A model generated the notes under the pieces. That model was not told the DNA's origin. It did no database searches and saw only the letters and a list, made by a program, of their open reading frames with translations. A stretch of 64,000 bases of DNA, taken from contig OZ024742.1 of assembly GCA_964016885.1 (NCBI GenBank), positions 153,078,001 to 153,142,000 of the forward strand, given 5' to 3'. Both the position numbers and the translations under genes were made by a program. This DNA is from Eledone cirrhosa. Lineage: Eukaryota. Each line of letters opens with the position of its first letter. The stretch's first letter is position 1. Shown piece by piece: positions 13,232-28,580 of this stretch.

Positions 13232-15326
13232 AACTGGTAACTTGTATCATATGGATATTGAACATTATAATGAGTTCATATATAAAGAACTCAGAAAAAA
13301 TTATAAAAAATCTAATAATGCGTCACTCACCAACATCAACAACAAAACACACAACATAGTAAAAAAACTAAACATTGAAGATAGAACTGAACATTTGGCA
13401 TTGAAAAGACCACACTTCAACCTGAAGGATCATAAATCAAACTTTAACTCAAATCCTTCTATTAGACTTATATGTCCCTCCAAATCAGATATTGGAATAA
13501 TTAGCAAAAAAATTTTGGATAGAGTCATCCCACAAATAAGAAAACACGTTATTTTACCACTCTGGGAAAACACCTCCCAGGTAATTAACTGGTTTAAAAA
13601 TATTAGATGTAAATCTTCTGCTTCATTTCTACAATTTGATATAGATAATTACTATTCTTCTATATCACCTATACTCCTGAACAAAGCATTGATATTTGCT
13701 AAAAATAGATCTAACTTAACTTTGGATGACATTAATATTATTACACATGCTAGACTAACACTTATTGAATTTCAGAATGAATACTGGACCAGAAACACAT
13801 ATAGTAATCTATTTGATATTACTATGGGTTCAAGCGATTCCGCCCAAATTACTGATCTTGTGGGCCTCTTTCTCCTTTTCAACATAAATGCCTCCTTTCC
13901 CCACCTCAAAGGTGGTTTATATCGTGATGACTGTCTTCTTCTTTCTAACAACCTTAGCCTTTCAGAAATCGAAAAAAACAAAAAACATATTAGAACTTTC
14001 CTTAAAGACTATTATAATCTTCATATTACTTTTGAAAAAACAAGTAACGTAGTAAATTTCCTAGATATAACTTTAGATTTAGCTACGGGTATCTACCAAC
14101 CTTACCATAAACCAAACCAAAACTTACATTACATACACTCACAATCTAATCACCCTAAATCTATCCTTAAAAACCTTGCATATAATATATCACTTAGAAT
14201 TTCTAACCTTTCTTCTAACCAAGATGTATTTGATAAAAATGCGACCTTCTATAACGAAGCTCTAGATAGAAGTGGCCACAAAAATAGATTAGAATATATA
14301 CCTTCTACTAAAAATACTAAAAGCATACAACCTAATATTACCAACAAACACCAAATGAAAAGTACACACCTAAATGCCACCCACACTATACCCCAAAATA
14401 CCAAATCTTCTAATATAAAATATAGTAACTCTCAAAAAACTACTCATCATACAACTCTAATAAATATTAATAATAAAACTCCTAATAAAAAGGATAAAAC
14501 ACCTAAATCTACAAATATAACTAAAAATGGTTGTGGTGAGATCATTAACATTAATCCTCCTAGTAAACATCACGATACAACCTATAAAAATAATAAAAAT
14601 AATAAACAACATAGAAACCGTAATAGACGGGTTACTTGGTATAATGCTCCATTTAATTTACAAATTAAGGATAATATTGCTAAAAAATTTTTTTATATCC
14701 TAGAGAAAAACTTCCCGCCAAACCACAAATACCATCAAATCTTAAATAGGTCTACAGTTAAATTCTCATACTCTACAACAAATAACATAAAACAAAATAT
14801 AAGTGCCTATAATGCATATAAATGTAAGAAAACAATAAGTATACCACCAGTACATCAAATTAACCATAATATCTCCTCAAATACAGAATTAACGAAAGGT
14901 TGTAACTGTAGAAACAAAGCAAACTGCCCATTAAAAGGGAATTGTCTTGTTAACAACATAGTCTATAAATGTAATGTTAAAACTAAAGATTCTATTTGCT
15001 CATATATAGGAGCTACCTCTAACAATTTTAAGACAAGGTTTAATACCCACAAGCATAGTTTTAAAAATGCCGCACTGGCTAATACAACATCTCTAGCAGA
15101 AAAAATCAATAGTTATAAAAATAAGAATATAGAATATGATTTGACCTGGAGTGTGCTCAAAAGAGCCACCCCTTATCAAAATAATAGAAATGAATGTAGA
15201 TTATGTTCCCAAGAACTATTTGAAATAATGAAATCTAAGAATATCCTATTAAATAAACGACAGGAATTAATTATATCGTGTAATCATAAACTAAAAAAAA
15301 CATTTAAATATTATAAACCTAATTAA
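13188..15326 (+). CDS. PLE reverse transcriptase / GIY-YIG endonuclease (712 aa, N-terminally truncated, TTG start)
   Basis: SDKTGN, LKDHK, FDIDNYYSSI, ITMGSSDSAQITDL, GLYRDD, VVNFLD, CNCRNKANCPLKGNC, IVYKC...SYIGATSNNFKTRFNTH, CRLC. Confidence 0.93.
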   Translation: MDLKKSKKIHVHSDKTGNLYHMDIEHYNEFIYKELRKNYKKSNNASLTNINNKTHNIVKKLNIEDRTEHLALKRPHFNLKDHKSNFNSNPSIRLICPSKSDIGIISKKILDRVIPQIRKHVILPLWENTSQVINWFKNIRCKSSASFLQFDIDNYYSSISPILLNKALIFAKNRSNLTLDDINIITHARLTLIEFQNEYWTRNTYSNLFDITMGSSDSAQITDLVGLFLLFNINASFPHLKGGLYRDDCLLLSNNLSLSEIEKNKKHIRTFLKDYYNLHITFEKTSNVVNFLDITLDLATGIYQPYHKPNQNLHYIHSQSNHPKSILKNLAYNISLRISNLSSNQDVFDKNATFYNEALDRSGHKNRLEYIPSTKNTKSIQPNITNKHQMKSTHLNATHTIPQNTKSSNIKYSNSQKTTHHTTLININNKTPNKKDKTPKSTNITKNGCGEIININPPSKHHDTTYKNNKNNKQHRNRNRRVTWYNAPFNLQIKDNIAKKFFYILEKNFPPNHKYHQILNRSTVKFSYSTTNNIKQNISAYNAYKCKKTISIPPVHQINHNISSNTELTKGCNCRNKANCPLKGNCLVNNIVYKCNVKTKDSICSYIGATSNNFKTRFNTHKHSFKNAALANTTSLAEKINSYKNKNIEYDLTWSVLKRATPYQNNRNECRLCSQELFEIMKSKNILLNKRQELIISCNHKLKKTFKYYKPN

Positions 15327-15333
15327 TAACATT

Positions 15334-15517
15334 TGGCAGTATCGGTAGAGGTTCGGACGCCATGCTTTGACGCATAGAGTTACGGCCCTTGCCATTCTGA
15401 GTTCAAATCCCGCCGAGGTTAACTTTGCCTTTCATCCTTACGGGGTCGATAAAATAAAGTACCAGTAATGTACTGGATAATTTTCTGGCCTATTGCCAAT
15501 AGTAGAAACAATTATTT
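15334..15517 (+). mobile_element. Octopus-type tRNA SINE inserted just after the PLE stop codon
   Basis: A-box tggcagtatcggtagag, B-box gagttcaaatcc, conserved ctttcatccttacggggtcgataaaataaagtacc, tail agaaacaattattt. Confidence 0.9.
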
Positions 15518-16001
15518 AGAAATTAATTTAATTTAAATGTTAGTTAACCTATAAATTTAATTTAATTAAAATTCTACTACAGATGAGAATATAAAATATT
15601 GTGTAATCATAAATTGTGAAAAACCTTTAAATATTACTAATATATACTTAGTAATTTAATTTATAGATTAATTTTAATTTATTTAAACCTTTTATTAAAA
15701 TTCCTTTACAGATAAAATATAACAAAATATCGTGTATCCAAGTACAGAGAAATAATTTTTAGTATTATAGACCTAATTAATATACATTTTAGAAATATAT
15801 TTATAATTTGGTTTTAAATTTAGTCAACCTAAAAATTTAATTTAATTGGCTTAAAATTAGTATCCTTATACAGACGGATTGCAGAGTGTCATGTAATCAT
15901 AGAATGGGATGTGTTTTGGATGTATACCTAGTTAATATATTCTTTGCAATTTTTGAAAAAATATGTATATGTATGTATGTATATGTATGTGTATGTGTGT
16001 A

Positions 16002-16044
<43 letters not shown>

Positions 16045-16057
16045 ATATATGTATGTG

Positions 16058-16088
<31 letters not shown>

Positions 16089-17153
16089 TAATTTTGATTT
16101 CTATTTGCATATAATTATATTCTGCTATTGATAAAATAAAATATCTGTTTTATTTATTATATACCTAATTAACATATACTATAGAAATTAATATATAATT
16201 TTTAATTTAGTTAACCTATAATTTATATTCTACTACCGATGTAATACTTTATTTGTTTTTTCCCTATTACTAAATTCATTTCCTAATATTGATACCATAA
16301 CGTTAATAACTTTAATTTAGTTATACTATAATTAATACTCTACTACTATTTAACTTCAAAATTCTGCTTCAAATATTATAAACCTAACTAATTTACACCT
16401 TAGAAATCAATATGTTAACTATCTTTAGTTTAGTTAACATATAATTAATGGTATAATTATTTTGAAATGCATAAATTTTGCCTTATTTCTTGTATTTCCT
16501 AACACTGAAACTATGTAAAAACATACATTGGATCCAGATACAGATAATATTCTATGTTTCTTGAAACATATATTTACTATAATCCCCTTCTCCAACCCCC
16601 CCCCCTTTCCCCCATACTATTATCATCTGTGTTTGTAAGCGTGTATGTATGAATATATATGTAGGTAGGTGTATATATGTTTCGGTATTTATATCTGAAT
16701 ATAAAAATACATATATGAGCATGCAAATAAGAATGTAAGATTGTGTGTGTATACATATGTGTGTATGTATGTATATATATATGTGTATATATGCATGTGT
16801 GTATATATATGTGTATGTGTATATATATATATATATATATGTGTATATGTGTATATGTGTGTGGGCGTGTATGTGTGTGTGTATATATATATGTATATAT
16901 ATATGTGTGTGTATGTATGTATATATATATATATGTGTGTATATAAATGTATGTCTCTCTATATATATGTCTATCTTCGTATCTATGTGGGTATATGTGT
17001 GTGTGTACATGTATGCACATGTATGTGTTTATGTGTATATGTGTGTATGTGTATATATGTACGTGTGCGCACATATATATGTGAGTGTGTGTGTGTGTGT
17101 GTGTATATGTATATATATATGTATATCTATGTGTGTATATATGTCTATATTCG

Positions 17154-17194
<41 letters not shown>

Positions 17195-17751
17195 TATTAT
17201 TATAATATAACTTATGTGTATGTGTGTATATGTGAGGGTGTGTATATGTATATATATGTGTATATATATGTGTAAAAAATATATATGTGTATGTGTGTTT
17301 TTTTTTGTGTGTGTGTATATATATGTATGTATATATGTGTGTATGTGTGTGTTTGTATGTGTGTTTATGGTTCTATGTGTGTGTGGGTGTATATATATAA
17401 ATGTATGTGTATATATATATATATATATGTGTATATGTATCTCTATTAATGTGTGTATATATGTATATGTATATACCTTTTTCTTTGTATGTCTGAGTTG
17501 TGTGAGAGTGTAGTGGTGTTTGTATGTATATACGCATATATGGATGCGTATGTATTTGTATATATGAGTATATGTAAGTGCGTATGTATGTATAAATATA
17601 TATCTATGTCTATGTATGAGTATATATGTGTATCTATGTATGTTGTGTGTGTATGTATGTATGTGTCTATGTGTGTATATATATATATATATATGTGTGT
17701 ATATGTATGTATGTATGTGTATGTATGTACATATATGTCTATGTATATGTG

Positions 17752-17807
<56 letters not shown>

Positions 17808-17998
17808 TTTATTTTATATATATGTGTGAGTGTGTATGTGTGTGTGTGTATATATATCTTTATATATGTGTATATGTATGTTCGTGTAGGTGTATGTGTG
17901 TGTATGACTATATATGTATGTGTGTATGTGTGTATGTATGTATATGTATGTGTGTGTACATGTATGCATGTGTATGTATATATATGTGTGTATATGTG

Positions 17999-18061
<63 letters not shown>

Positions 18062-18337
18062 GTATCTCTATTTGTATATGTATATGTGTATAGGTATATA
18101 CCTTTTTCTTTGTATGTCTGAGCTGCGTGAGAGTGTAGAGGTGTTTGTATGTATATACCGATATATGGATGCGTAAGTATTTGTGTGTATGTATGTATGT
18201 ATGTCTGTATGTATTTGTGTGTATATATAGGTATGTATGTATATATCTGTATGTATATAAGTATGTATGTGTATGTATATGTGCGTGTATGTGTATATAT
18301 ATGTGTGTCAATATATGTATGTGTGATTATATGTGTA

Positions 18338-18380
<43 letters not shown>

Positions 18381-18468
18381 GTATGTGTGTATATGTGTAT
18401 ATGTGTGTATATGTATATGTTTATATATGTGTGTGTATGTATGTTCTAAGTGTAGATGTGTGTATGTG

Positions 18469-18558
<90 letters not shown>

Positions 18559-19172
18559 CTTGATATATTTCTTTTTTCTTTTTTCTTTTTCTTTTCTTTC
18601 CTTTTTAATTTTTATTTTTTATTTCTTAGTTTATAGATACATCTATAAATAAGCAGTCTGCCCAAACCGTTGAATACTGACCTCTCCCCCCCTCCCACCT
18701 AATTTCTGTATCTTGATCTAAATGTGTGTGGCAGTGTTTATGTGAGTGAATTAATATCCATGTGCTTATGATAATATTATATCCACATATATATATGTGT
18801 GTGGGGGTGTGTGTATGTATGTTCGTAATTATGTGTATGTTTATGCATATACGAGCGCGCGTGTGTGATTGTACGGATATGTGTGAGTATGAGAATATGT
18901 GTATACACTTATTTCATATTTATGTGTCTATACGCATCTTATCTGTGCATTATAAACTTACAGAGACATTAACCTTGAAATTTTGTATTTGCATGCATCT
19001 TTTTGGTGTGCGTATGCATGTTGAGCATACATTTTTGTGTAAATATATGTACGGGGTAGTTGCATGTATATACACACACCGAATTGCATAAAACCTTTTG
19101 TATTTTCATTGGTCAATTTTGTTCCCAAACGGACCTGAAATTTTGAATTGTTGTTATTATCAATAAATATAT

Positions 19173-19326
19173 TTCATTATTTCTGAAGACGGCGTATATA
19201 TGTGTTGGTATGTATATTTAATCTTGATAGTTTGTATAATTTTGTATAATTTTGTACATAGATCTGTTGAATATGCATGCCAATTCTAACACATATATAT
19301 CCTAGAAACGATCGTTAAATAATGAA
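19173..19326 (+). ncRNA. Type I hammerhead ribozyme with ~115-nt stem II extension
   Basis: ttcattattt-CTGAAGA-cggcgtatatatgtgttg...taacacatatatatccta-GAAA-cgatcg-TT-aaataatgaa: 10-bp stem I, palindromic stem III CGATCG, GUU site. Confidence 0.85.
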
Positions 19327-19520
19327 CTTTTTTTGTTTAATATAAGGAACTGTTTCATTGTTTTATTCATTATTTGTTTAATATTTTATCTTGACTCTGT
19401 ATACCGTTTATCTTTCACCGAAAGTGATTTTTCATTACATCTCTTCTTTCCATGATATCCGGAATACATTGAGTTCTTCATACGGATTGGACACTACCGT
19501 AAACTCTTGGTAGATTTATC

Positions 19521-19563
<43 letters not shown>

Positions 19564-19640
19564 AGCGTAAACCTCTTCAAATGAAGTCGATGTTTATTAC
19601 GGTATGTCGAATATATTTATCTATAAAACTGTTTATATTG

Positions 19641-19706
19641 TATTTTGTCTGATGAAGGCATAGCATATTGTTAATATGATATCCCCGAAATATATATAAT
19701 GAAATA
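19641..19706 (+). ncRNA. Type I hammerhead in a solo pLTR (~19558-19840) between (TA)n tracts
   Basis: tattttgt-CTGATGA-aggcatagcatattg/ttaatatgatatcccc-GAAA-tatata-TA-atgaaata. Confidence 0.8.
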
Positions 19707-19856
19707 AATATGGTTTTATAAATATAGTTTTCCATTTATTTAATATTGTAAATATACTCCAAATATTTGTCGAGTGCTTTTATATCAGTTATAAATATTT
19801 ACTAGTTGTAACCCAACAATTTTAAATATAACTTTACATGTATATATATATATATA

Positions 19857-20163
19857 TATATTTCGTTTCTGAATTTGTTTAGCAAGATTCTTTATCTGAA
19901 AACGTGTGTCGAACCCGATATTGTTATGCTTTGGGAGGGTCATGTTGCCAATAAGAAACACACGCACCAGTTGCTTTCACTTCAATTTATTATAAATAAC
20001 ATTTATAATTTAGGAATTTATAAATTTCCGGTTGGTTGGTTGGTTCCACAACCGGACGATTGTTCATATATTGTCAAAGTTCTTTCGTCACACATTGTTT
20101 AACTTGAAGAGAAAGCAACTGGTGCGTGTGTTTCTTATTGGCAACATGACCCTCCCAAAGCAT

Positions 20164-20170
<7 letters not shown>
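19857..20170 (-). mobile_element. Short pLTR-only insertion with fold-back (same family as 28893-29957)
   Basis: 19857-20097 matches 28893-29132; 19918-19986 is inverted at 20104-20170; (TA)n on both sides. Confidence 0.85.
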
Positions 20171-20217
<47 letters not shown>

Positions 20218-20307
20218 ATAATAATAAATTTGAAGACTAAAATCCAAAGAGGGCTCGATCAGGATAAATATATAATATCAAATATATAAGAACCGTAGAG
20301 CAAATAT

Positions 20308-23111
<2,804 letters not shown>

Positions 23112-23610
23112 CTGTGTGTGTGTGTGTGTGAGTGTGAGTGTGCATGTGTGTTTGTGTGTGTGTGTATGAAGCTAGATAAGAATTTGTTAATGTATATCAG
23201 GCGTGAATGCTTGAACAAGAAAGTTGCTTGTAAATAAGTTGATATGTCAATGAAAATGGAATGAAATGTAGTCAGTTAGTGTGAGAACAGAGAGGAGAGG
23301 AGGGAGTGGGGGTTAAACGTTTCACATTATTAATCTGTGTGGTGTGATGTGAACGAATTATTCTGAGACCATTGGTATGGGTGAAGGTTTTATATTTACA
23401 ATATATGGTCGAGAGGGTGGAGGAGGTTTACAGAGAAGGACAGAAAAGGAGAGGGTAGAAATTAAGAGTAGGGTAGCGTGGGTAGGAAAGAAAGGAATCA
23501 AGAAAATGAGATTGTTTTTAATATTACTGAATTCTTTGGTTTGGTATAAAAAGTTTATGTGCCACAGGAAATGTACTATATAGGATGTAGTAAAACCTAG
23601 GTATTAGAGA

Positions 23611-23885
23611 TCAAATCTTCTTCTGGTACAGTTTGTATTTAGCGAAGGTTTTTAGAACCTTGTGTTGGCAATTAATTATTCTATCCTGTAGGGAATTTAG
23701 AAGGTCCTTTTCGATCGCTATTTCAATTACCTCCGCCAAACATTATTCTCTCCGGTATGGATTGGCGAATTTCAGCACGGAACATTGTAATGTGTATTGA
23801 ATATTAGCGCGCTTCAGATCCCAGATTCCTTGCGCCTGGGTCGTAGATCTAGCTAAACTGGGGATTTGAAACGTGTTTGAGGTGG
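23611..23885 (-). mobile_element. PLE GIY-YIG C-terminal fragment
   Basis: GIWDLKRANIQYTLQCSVLKFANPY...CLAEVIEI...LLNSLQDRIINCQHKVLKTFAKY aligns with the C-terminus of ORF 13188-15326. Confidence 0.78.
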
Positions 23886-25348
23886 CACCCACATATATAA
23901 ATATACGAAGTGAGTATCAGAATTAGTAAACTTATTAGAATAACTAAAAAGACCTGACATATAATGATACTCTCTCTCCACTTAGAAGACTTATATTTCA
24001 TCATAAATAGAACAAAATAAAGTTGATTTTTACCTCAGGAACAATCATGAACTTATTGGCTTTCATTTGAAATCATTTCACACATGTACATTTTTGCCAT
24101 AAATGATTAGAATATTTTCCGTCTTCAGTAATAAGTAATGTGCTTTCGAACCAAGAAAAACTGAACATGGCATTGCTGACATCTAGATGTGACTCTGAAA
24201 TCGGTATTAATTCAATAACTAACATATTAAAGAAAGAAATTCAGATTGATTAATATAATCCAAAATGCACCGTCTGAACAAAATATGGAATATTTATAAC
24301 CAGACATATTTGATATAAATCAGACATGATATTAATTCTGTCATTATATTCGCAGATGGATGTAATTCAAAATCCTTCTAGCTGTACGAAGGAGAAAATA
24401 TATCTTTATCAAATCACGCGCTACTACCTCAAAGAAAAACATAAAATGCTTGAATACATCATGGAATAATCTTGGAGAAAACTATTTGAATTCCACTAAT
24501 ATTTTAATGATAATCTCGTAAAGGATAGACATACTTCTAAAAACAGCAGAGACATCTTATTCAATCACATACTAATATGCACAAGATAGAAATACTCTTT
24601 GGATAATATTGACAGAAAAGTATGTTCCAATGAAATATTTAATAACACGACTGAAGCGTCTTTGATCATAGATAGGTTTTATAAGAGGTGTACTAGGATT
24701 AAAGAACGAGATCAATACACATACGACTTAAACAAACTATTAATGCAATTCATAAAAACAGTTATCTTTGTGTAAATTTAAATCTCAAGTTTAATAAATA
24801 GATATTCTGTAAAATATTCATAATAATATGACATTCTTGTATTATAAAAACGACTTCATTGTAGATGTTCTGAAAATTCGGATAGATAAGTGCTGAAGTA
24901 TAAAATACAAAAGCCCTCAAATCTAGCCGCGCGCAATGTATTTCTAACGAATTACATTTCTAATTCATCAAGGACAAGTATACTCAAACGAATATATCTG
25001 AAATATCTCAATATTCTTTTAGACATCGTTAGTATTTTGCCATATGATTTACACAGAAGCATCTCGGCACGATAGCCCTAGTCCTTCTAAATTTTCTCCA
25101 CTCACAGACACTGTGAAAGCGAGGTTCGGAGAACAGACAAAGGCAACCGCCCGCCAGCATTTGTGATGCAGCATTCTCACGTGATGCGAAAAGTTTATGA
25201 ATAGTCATTAGCTGTCAGACAAACCAATCCACATTGAATGTAAAAGTATTACCGACTGTACGACAATTTTTTTTCCTTCGTATCTCATAACTTCTGGCTC
25301 TCTGTCTGTCTGTCTGTTTGTCTCTCTCTCTCTCTCTCTCTCTCCCCC

Positions 25349-25413
<65 letters not shown>

Positions 25414-25443
25414 CATATATGTAATACTAAACATGTATATGTG

Positions 25444-25535
<92 letters not shown>

Positions 25536-26569
25536 TACACACACACGCACACACACACATATATATATATATATAGAATAGAAAACGAAAAATCAGTGAT
25601 GCATTTTTCACTTTCTATTCTATCATACACTGCTCTGTTTTATTGATATTTTACATAAATACGTGACCTCTGAAGTAGATTTGAGTAGCTAAACACCTGT
25701 CACGGTAAATTTGCTATAAGTGAAAAAAAGTTGATCAAAATTGTGTCTTGGGTTATTGCCCTTTGCAACAGCCTCAACGTGTCTTCAAGTATGGTTTGTT
25801 AATTTGTTGTGGAACTAAATCCACTTTCGTCAAATCGGACCGAGGAAAAAATATTTCCATTTGTCTTTCCAGCTGGTGTACCCGGTTACACTCGGGGCTA
25901 TAAGGCGCTGGATTTAAATGGGTCTGCACTAAATTCCAGCAGGATGCTTTAACCGAAACAAATGAAGAACAAACGTATCTATTTGTGCTCCAATCAGTGA
26001 TATTGGTATTTTGAAAAAAATAGTTCACAAATATCCAAGGAGCATGTGTAACGCATGTATCAGGTTATGAAAAAAAGGGTTTTCCATTCTCCATTCATAA
26101 GATACCAAAAAATTGCACGCTAATAAACCGGGATTTTAAGGCACTGCCCATTCATAGTTGAAAGGTAAGAATCAAGTGGAATAATGTTTTGCGACATTGT
26201 TAAGTGTACAACCGTACAAAAGCAAAGGATATAGCCATTGAAATCTAGGTAGACCAAAGAATAAGGTGGAGTTGTATATCAGAGGATTGTTTTCCTTGTG
26301 ATTCGCGTCTAGCCTACAAAGTGAAGTTAGATGATTGTAGTTGGTGTTGTATCAATAAAAAATAAAAGCATACGGAAAACTGAACACTTACGAATTAAGT
26401 GAAAATCCCGTTGATATTCCTATCGGAGCAATATTTGTCGAAAAACCTGACGGACTGTTGTGTCAATATTGAAATCGTAGAAATTGCGAATCCCGACTTC
26501 TAAGATGTAATGGATCTGCCTTGGAGGTGAAGAGGAAGAATTGGTACAATTGTTTTGCTGAAGATGTTG

Positions 26570-28340
26570 ACCATTAATGTAAATAGACTTACGCAGCATA
26601 ATCGTGCGGTTTTGTTGTTTATTGCCTAGAATGAGGGCCAGTTAAACGCGGCAGAAAAATAAGCCATGCTGATGATGTTTAGGGTCGTCGCAGGGAATAG
26701 AATCGGCGTTGTGAGTCAATTGTGGGGACAGTGGAAGGCACGCTGATCGCTTGAGAAGATGCGATGCTACACAGAATGCTTCTCGGCCATAATTGACAGA
26801 AAGGCATGTCAGGAGAAATGAAAGAGTTGCTATTCATCCTTTGCTTAGCATGATGAACATGTAATTAAAAAGATTTACCATGGACTTTCGTGTACGCTGG
26901 TATTGTGTTTAGCCTGCGAAAATCGGTGGTCAAATGGGGGGCAACAATAAGCCATGCTGATGACGTTTAAGCGGATGGCAAGGAATTGATGCAGCATAGA
27001 TAGCCATGGGAGTCTCGAACGAGAACGGCGGTCAGGCAAAAGAAAGGGCCGAAGAGGGGATGGTGGCTGACAGTGCATGGATGCGGCACCCTGAGGCATG
27101 ACGATGCAGTGGGACGACGGCCAGCAGGCAAGGAAGGGGGCATGGGTGGACGGTGGCAAGGATGCCGCATGGTAAGCCATGGCAGTCTTGAAGGAGCACT
27201 GTCCCGATGAGGCATGACGAAAGGGCAGGGTGCATGGCGGCTGACAGGGCGTGGGTGCGGCATGCCAATTGTGTTGCATCTCGAGAATGTAGAGATCACC
27301 GGGAGGCACGATGATTGTTTGAGAAAACTGGGTGCAAGGCAGGATGTTTATCGGCCATACATGATCGGTAGGCTTTGGAGGAGAAAGGGATGAATTTGTG
27401 TTTAATTTTGTTAAATATGCTCAAAATGAATGTAAAAAGACTTACACAGGATCGTTTTCATGCTCGGTGCTATCTTTGGTCTGAGATAATGGGTGGTTAT
27501 GTGCGGCGCAGGAATAAACCATGCTGATGACATTTGAGCAAGTTTCTGACAGGGCAGGAATGGTGAGCCATGGCAGTCGTGAGGGACCAAGGGGTGCTGG
27601 CAAGGCAGAAGGCAGGGGTTGAGAGCGGCAGAGATGCGGCTTGGTTAGGCATGGCAGTCTTGAAGGAGCACGGCGGGCAGGCAAAATAAAAGGCTGAGGA
27701 GGGGATGGCGGCTGACAGAACATGGATGCGGCATGGTGAGGCATATCGATGCAGTGGGTCGACGGCGTGCAGGGAAGGGAGATGGCCGGGATTGACGGTT
27801 GCAGGGATTCCGTATGGTGAGCGATGGCACTCGTGAAGGGTCAAGGTGCGCGGGTAATGGAGAGGGCAGGGGAGGGCATCGTGGCTGACAGAGCATGGTT
27901 GCGGCATGGTGAGGCATGACGATGCAGTGGGACGACGGCGTGCAGGGAAGGGAGAGAGCAGGACTTGATGGTGGCAGGGATGCGTCTTGGTTAGGCATGG
28001 CAGTCTTGAAGGAGCACGGCGGGCAGGCAAGAGAAAGGGCTGAGGAGGGGATGGTGGCCGACAGGGCAGTAATGCGGCATGGTGAGGCATGACGATGCAG
28101 TGGGACGACGGCGTGCAGGGAAGGGAGAGGGCAGGGGTTGACGAATGCCTCATTATGTTACGGTAGTGGGACCACGGGAATGAAGAGAATGCATGGAGGC
28201 TCGATGATCGTTTGAGAATACTGGGCACATTACAGGATGATGCGCGGCGGTATAGTCTTTATAGTCCTTATATGAGAAATGGAAGAATCGGCATACAAGT
28301 TTTGCTGAATATGGTGAGCGTTAATTTAAAGAGGCTTACG
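26570..28340. repeat. GC-rich nested tandem repeat (three units of increasing length)
   Basis: ccatgctgatga anchors at ~26665, ~26952 and ~27519; recurring sub-units gaggcatgacgatgcagtgggacgacggc and ggcagtcttgaaggagcac. Confidence 0.85.
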
Positions 28341-28464
28341 GTGGATAATCCTCATAGATTGAACGTTTTTTGCATCGCTGGATTCGCAACAAATGGAAGC
28401 AAGAAGAATGGCGCTTTTCGGTTGTCGGATCTTTGCTTCTGGGGTCCGATTAATTTTCAACCGA

Positions 28465-28580
28465 TATTTACGAAACGTGTCTGATTCCAATGAAATTTGA
28501 CGTAGGTATGTATTTTGATGCGGGGATCAAAATACATACCTACGTTAAATTTCATTGGAATCAGACACGTTTCGTAAATA
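28465..28580. repeat. Near-perfect palindrome, ~54-bp arms
   Basis: tatttacgaaacgtgtctgattccaatgaaatttgacgtaggtatgtattttgat-gcgggg-atcaaaatacatacctacgttaaatttcattggaatcagacacgtttcgtaaata. Confidence 0.95.

Larger units (their letters stand above)
13184..19523 (+). mobile_element. Penelope-like retroelement (probably Hydra clade), 5'-truncated, ~4.2-kb 3' UTR
   Basis: Uninterrupted RT+GIY-YIG ORF; UTR with a SINE, AT-rich repeats, cryptic (TG/TA)n and a hammerhead; ends at (TA)n 19524. The clade is inferred from YRDD, WYNAPF and CxCx5Cx5C. Confidence 0.92.

Noticed and set aside
15334-15420. tRNA-like A and B boxes
   Set aside because: These are SINE heads with no cloverleaf; no true tRNA, rRNA or CRISPR array was seen in the window.
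26660-27535. CTGATGA conserved in each unit of the GC-rich repeat
   Set aside because: No conserved GAAA or compatible stems, so not called a hammerhead.
26875-28228. Pro/Cys/His-rich ORFs up to 243 aa
   Set aside because: Open in several frames because of the GC-rich tandem repeat; no recognisable domain.
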